Below the pieces are notes generated by a model that had not been told where the DNA came from, made no database searches, and saw only the letters and a program-made list of their open reading frames with translations. Positions 33,975-39,086 of a stretch of 39,086 bases of DNA are shown piece after piece. The DNA is from Chiloscyllium plagiosum (taxonomy: Eukaryota). Every line of letters starts with the position of its first letter. Within the stretch, counting starts at the first letter, position 1. The stretch lies in contig NW_025215335.1 of assembly GCF_004010195.1 (NCBI RefSeq), positions 62,001-101,086 on the forward strand. The letters are read 5' to 3'. The position numbers and the translations under genes were made by a program.

Positions 33975-35350
33975 GATCATAAATACAAGCAAGAATACGC
34001 CACTCGTTCCCCTTGAGCCTGCACCACCATTCAATACGATCATGGCTGTTTTAATTGTAGCTTTAACTCCACTTTCTCATCTGCTTGTTTCCTCCCCCCA
34101 ACTTCCAAAACTCTGGGCTCCTATAAATTAAAGCTCTGTGTAATTAACTTGCCTTGAATATGATCAATCATAGAGCACCTACTTTGAGAAGGGAATTTAA
34201 GACTAACAGCCCTCAGAAGAAATGGTTCATATGGAAAATTATCTTGTATGGGAGATGGTTTGTTTTTAAACTGTGATCCTATTTTGAGAGAGAAATGATG
34301 AAACATCCAGTATCTAGCTGGTTAAACCCCTTCAGAAACTTGTTTGAATAAGATCTGTTCACTTTATGCTAAACATCAATGAGTCTGGCTCCAACATTTC
34401 TTAACACCATCAGCCTTTTCTGTACTGCTCCCATTGCAAGTATATCCCTTCAGTAAGGAGAACTGTTCTCAACCATTCATTGTTCAAACCCTTGTAGCAA
34501 AATGTACTACTTATACTCCATTTGCTTTCTGAATTACTTGCTGTACACGTAAGATAACCTTTTGTGAGTCGTCTACAAGGCCAACCATTTGCAACATTTT
34601 GATGTCTATTAAATAACAATGATTTTGTTCTTCCTGCAATTAAGACAAACCTGATATTTTCCCATATTATGTTCACCTGTCAAATTTTTGACCACACATT
34701 TAATCCTTTTATCGCTGCACATACTTTATTCTTCTCACAATGTGCTTTCCTACTAAAATCATCATATTTGACTGCATCACAGTTGGTCCCTTCATCCTAC
34801 TCATTATCATGGTTATAAATAGGTGAGGCCCCAATACTGATCCTTGTGGCACTCCACTAGATTCAGTTCATCTGTTAGAAAATATCTGACTCTTTGACCA
34901 ATCCTCTGTGCTAATGTCATCCCGATACCGTGTCACCAGGTGTAGTAATCTTTTAATGCCATCTTATTAAATGTCTTTTAGAAATCAAATTACACTATTG
35001 TCTAATTTCCTTTTATCCATTGTACCTTTTACACCCTTAAATGCTATTAAATTTGTTTCTTATCATTTTTGTTTTGTAAAGCTAAGGTAACTCAGTCTCA
35101 TTGTATTATGATTTTCTAAAGTCCTGTTATATCTTCATTAATAATGAACTCTAGCATTTTTAAATGGCAGATGTTAGTTTAATAGTTAATAGGTTTCCTG
35201 TTTCTGTCTCCCTCCTTACTTGAATAGAGGCATTGCATTTACAGTATTCTAATTTTTTTGGGTCCTATTGAGATCTAGGGTAGTTCGGGAAATTGCCATC
35301 CAATATTTCAGTTAACATAGTTGATGGTTGTTGGATGCAGACTGTAAGAA
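33975..35350 (-). mobile_element. Decayed CR1-type LINE
   Basis: Begins with a CR1 3'-end-like sequence (ccccttgagcctgcaccaccattcaatacgatcatggctg) and continues with text similar to 4740-5970. Confidence 0.7.
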
Positions 35351-36319
35351 CCAGAAGACTTGTCAGTCTTCAGTTCCATTAGATTTCCCAAAACATTTTC
35401 TATTAAAATTGTAATTATTTTAGCAGTCACCATGTACACCCAACACTTTCAACTTCTTCACAAGCTACTTAAGGCAATACTGAAAAACTTTATGCAAAGC
35501 GCTTGAAATGGGATTTTTGATGGTAATGTTAGTAGGCAATTTAAAGCTGTTCCTGACGAAAGCATCAGTGTGCTGCTGGATTCCGATAGAAACGTTGTTG
35601 CATCCCGATGCCATCAAATCCACTCTACTGATATGACAGCACACAAATGAATGGTGTATTGTAAGAAGTGTTCTTCATAATGAAAAATGTGAAGTAAGAG
35701 TAGTACAAGCCTGTTGCACTGGTTAATTTTGATATTAGAGATTACAAATCACTGTTTAAAATATCGCAGAAAATAGCATGATAGCTATTACTAACCAACC
35801 TGAGCAGAGATTTTATTTACATACCTCTGGAGCAGGTAAAACTTGAGGGTTACTACCACTGCTGAGAACCCTTCTAAGTTCTCCTAATATCCTTGTCAAC
35901 ATTAAGCCATCAATCAATTAATTTATTGTCAGATAAGAATTAAAATTTCTAAATAGTCAAACTAGCACCTACACACATCACATGAAGACTGTGAATGGTG
36001 TGCTCCTATTTTCATTCCACAAATCATTAACATTCGAAATGGTTACACTCATTTAATGTGAATTCTGTCAATTTTATCTTCAAGGTAAACAAAATATCAT
36101 TTTGTTTTCCATGCACAATTGTTCCTTTGTGCAAAGAAAATCTACAAGCTTGGTTGCAAATGGGACTAGGTAAATTTAGGATATCTGGTCAGCATGGATA
36201 ACTTGGACGGAAGGGTCTGTGTGCTGTATAACAATGATTATTTTGTGTTGATACAGCAAAGCAATTGCTACAAATACAAAATTTAAAATTTTTTGATCTT
36301 ATGTTAGTATTATTATCTT

Positions 36320-37115
36320 AGTATGCATTTATGGAAAGTTTGATGCAAGGAAATTGAATACAGAAGTATGGAGGTTATGCTTCAGTTAGAGAATAGTGAT
36401 GAGACCACATCTGGAGTGCTGTGTACAATATTGGCCTCCATGTTGGAGGAGAATGTAAAAGCAATGGGATCATTTTAGAGAAAATTTACTTGACTCCCAT
36501 GTGGAATGGGCAAGTTGTTTTATGAGGACAGACTGGACTGTGTAGACTTAATTCTACTCAAATTTAAAAAATAGGAGACCTGACTGAAACGTGTAAGATG
36601 GGGTAAAAACAATGACTGCAGATGCTGGAAACCAGATTCTGGATTAGTGGTGCTGGAAGAGCACAGCAGTTCAGGCAGCATCCAAGGAGCTTTGAAATCG
36701 ACGTTTCGGGCAAAAGCCTGATGAAGGGCTTTTCCCCGAAACGTCGATTTCAAAGCTCCTTGGATGCTGCCTGAACTGCTGTGCTCTTCCAGCACCACTA
36801 ACCCTGAAACGTGTAAGATACTGAGTGGCTTTGACAGGGTGGTTTGGAGAGGATGTTTCCCCTTGAGAGATTCTAGGTGTCACTGTTTAAAAATATTTAC
36901 CACTTAAGACAGATATGATTACTCTGAGCATCATCACTCTTTGAAACACTTTCTCATAAGGTGGTGGAAGCAGAGGCTTTGAATATTTTTAATGCCAAGA
37001 TAGACAGATTCTTGAGCAAGGTGGTGAAAGGTTATTTGCAGTGGATTGTGAAGTAATTAAATCAGTCATGGTCTTATTAAATGGCAGAGCAGGTTTGTTG
37101 GGCCTATTCCGACTC
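36320..37115 (+). mobile_element. Decayed CR1-type LINE 3' fragment, interrupted by a fold-back element
   Basis: gagaccacatctggagtgctgtgtacaatattggcctcca (RPHLECCVQYWPP) and 3' tail tattaaatggcagagcagg. Confidence 0.75.
36600..36803 (-). mobile_element. Penelope-type fold-back element (family A variant)
   Basis: 16-bp TSD ctgaaacgtgtaagat (36584-36599, 36804-36819); ~75-bp inverted arms; core CTGATGA...GAAACGTC at 36718-36745 on +. Confidence 0.9.
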
Positions 37116-37174
37116 CTGGTTGACCTGTTCTGAATTTTGCTGAACAGCAAAGCTTTTTTTTTAAACAAAAAAAC

Positions 37175-37490
37175 ATTAATTCATGGGTTGTGAGCATTGC
37201 TGTTGAACTGAATGGCTGACTAGGCCACTTTCAGAGGCCAGTTAAAAGTCAACCACACTGCTGTGGATCTGGAGTCACAAGTTGGCCAGGCAAGATAAGA
37301 ATGGCTGATTAACCTTTCCTTGAGTATTCATGAAACAGATAGCTATTTACAAGTATCAGTATTGGTTTTATCATTGCTATTACTGACACTGGTTTCAAAT
37401 TTCTGGTTTATTCTTTTAAATTCTACCTGCTGGTGTGGTGGAATTTGAATTCATGTCCCCAAGAGCATTAGACTAGGCTCTGGATTACTA
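37175..37490 (-). mobile_element. SINE copy related to 11270-11592
   Basis: tgtggatctggagtcaca and ggtggaatttgaa motifs shared with that copy. Confidence 0.55.
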
Positions 37491-38334
37491 GTTATCCATG
37501 GGTGACTTGGTTGTTAAAGATAAAAGGTTTTTCTGAACTTGTAAACAATAGCAAGAGCAATTATGCTACAAATAGAATGTTAGTCTTAAGATCCCCCAAG
37601 GATGTGTTATGAATATCAAGTGTTACAAATGGTTTTGCAATAAATAGCCTTTAATTCTAAGATAGAATGGAGTTTAGGATCTAAAAGATACTTAATTGGC
37701 ATTTCTACTGGATACAAGGCCAATGTGATTCACATTGCCATGGAGATAGCTTTATGAGGGGAAAAATCAATAGCAAGTCCTTCTAATGAATTTGAGTTTA
37801 TTATATTACCCTAGCAATGGGAGTCAGCCTGCAGACAGCAGGACTTTGAGAAAGCTAGTCTTGCACTTGAGAGAGAACTTCTACCTCCAGGTCACCCCAC
37901 ACATCTCAGGTGGGATCTAGTGCTTGGATTGAAGAGAGAGAGTTTGTAAGGATTTAAGATTTGCCTAGATGGATTAAAGTGGGAGAATCTCCATTGTAAC
38001 CCTCACAGTAAAAGTTAGCTATAGGGCTAGACGTTACCTGGCTGAGATAGAAGAAATTAGGCTGTTAATACAAGAAAATTGCTTTTTCTGATTTTAGAAG
38101 AATTACATATCTATTTAAGAGATGGTGTGAGGTGGATTTTCTGTCATGTTAAATAGAGCCATAACCTTTTGGTAGTTTATTTGGTAGGCCATTTATAATC
38201 TTTAATTTAAACAATGTCACTTTTTTTTGTTGTTACATAAAGGAAGAACACTTAAAATAAGACCAGAACACAACTGGGCCATTTAGCCCATCAAGTCTGC
38301 TCCACTGTTCAATTAAACCAAGATGATCTGCTAG

Positions 38335-38495
38335 GCATAAATAGAAAGTGGGACATAACACCAGTACTTCACTGGAGGCTCACTGATGATTTTACCTGGT
38401 AAGGTGATGAAATGTTTGAAAATGAACCTTCCAGCTGAGCGAGCAAACTTACATCCAGAATCTGAACCTGAGCTACAAATCTTCTCAAAGTTCAC
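38335..38495 (+). mobile_element. Penelope 3'-end fragment related to family C
   Basis: ataaatagaaag...cttcactggagg...cactgatgat...agcgagcaaa...aacctgagctacaaa aligns with 33624-33767. Confidence 0.8.
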
Positions 38496-38654
38496 TAACA
38501 GATCTGATAATCCTAAACTCCCCTTTCCTCCCTTTTCCCTGTAACTCCTAATTCCCTTACCCATTAAAAATCAATCTCCGCATTGAATAAACTTTTTACA
38601 GCCCAATCTCTACACTCCTCTGAAATAAAAAATTCCACAGATTCACTATCCTCA

Positions 38655-39086
38655 GGAAAGGACTTATACAATTAATAGTAGGGCCCTGGGTAGTGTTGTG
38701 GAACAGAGACCTAGGGGTGCAGGTACATATTTCTTTGAAATTCGTGTCACAGTTAGACAAGATCGTTAAGGCGTTTAGCACGCTTGCCTTCATTGCTCAG
38801 ACCTTCGAATATAGGAGTTGGGACATTATGCTGAAGTTGTTCAGGACATTGGTGAGTCCTCTTCTGGAGTGCTGTGTCCAGTTCTGATCACGCTGTTAGA
38901 GAAAGGATATTATTAAACTGGAGTGGGTCCAAAGGATTGTTGGAAATGGAGTGTTTGGGATGTAAAAATAGACTGGAAAGACTAGTACATTTTTCACTGT
39001 AGTATAGGTTGAGAGGTGACCTTATTGAGTGTTATAAAATCATGACAGGCACAGATAAGGTGAATGACAATTTTCTTTTCCCTCTG
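38655..39086 (+). mobile_element. CR1/HER1 LINE ORF2 fragment running off the window
   Basis: RDLGVQVHISLK...VKAFSTLAFIAQTFEYRSWDIMLKLFRTLVSPLLECCVQF. Confidence 0.9.

Noticed and set aside
35553..35596. CTGACGA...GAAACGTT as another hammerhead
   Set aside because: Stem I does not pair, stem II does not close adjacent to GAAA, and there is no element or TSD context.
461..38887. Most ORFs in the six-frame track as independent genes
   Set aside because: They are short frames inside LINE/SINE/fold-back repeats, antisense or shifted frames of SYNJ1 exons, or chance ORFs; none has its own exon structure.

Overview
Eukaryotic, AT-rich genomic DNA, by repeat content most likely a shark (HE1-type SINEs, CR1/HER1 LINEs). 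The + strand carries the 3' part of synaptojanin-1 (SYNJ1): 13 reconstructable exons in continuous frame. They cover the end of the 5-phosphatase domain (SDHRPV), the RRM-like/DUF1866 region, the proline-rich domain, two related microexons, the stop-codon microexon (QEQPSG*) that produces the 145-kDa isoform, and the terminal exon encoding the 170-kDa tail. A ~2.9-kb 3'UTR follows, ending near AATAAA at 31597. Introns and the downstream region hold CR1/L2 fragments, SINEs, a Harbinger relic and a MITE. The most striking non-coding pattern is a set of Penelope-type fold-back insertions from at least three sequence families. Six have 11-16 bp target-site duplications, and each carries a minimal hammerhead-ribozyme-like core (CUGANGA-N-stemII-GAAA-CG/GC-UH) with compensatory stems. 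A candidate unannotated second stop microexon lies at 25009-25037. Comparisons to human SYNJ1 are from memory, not from an alignment.
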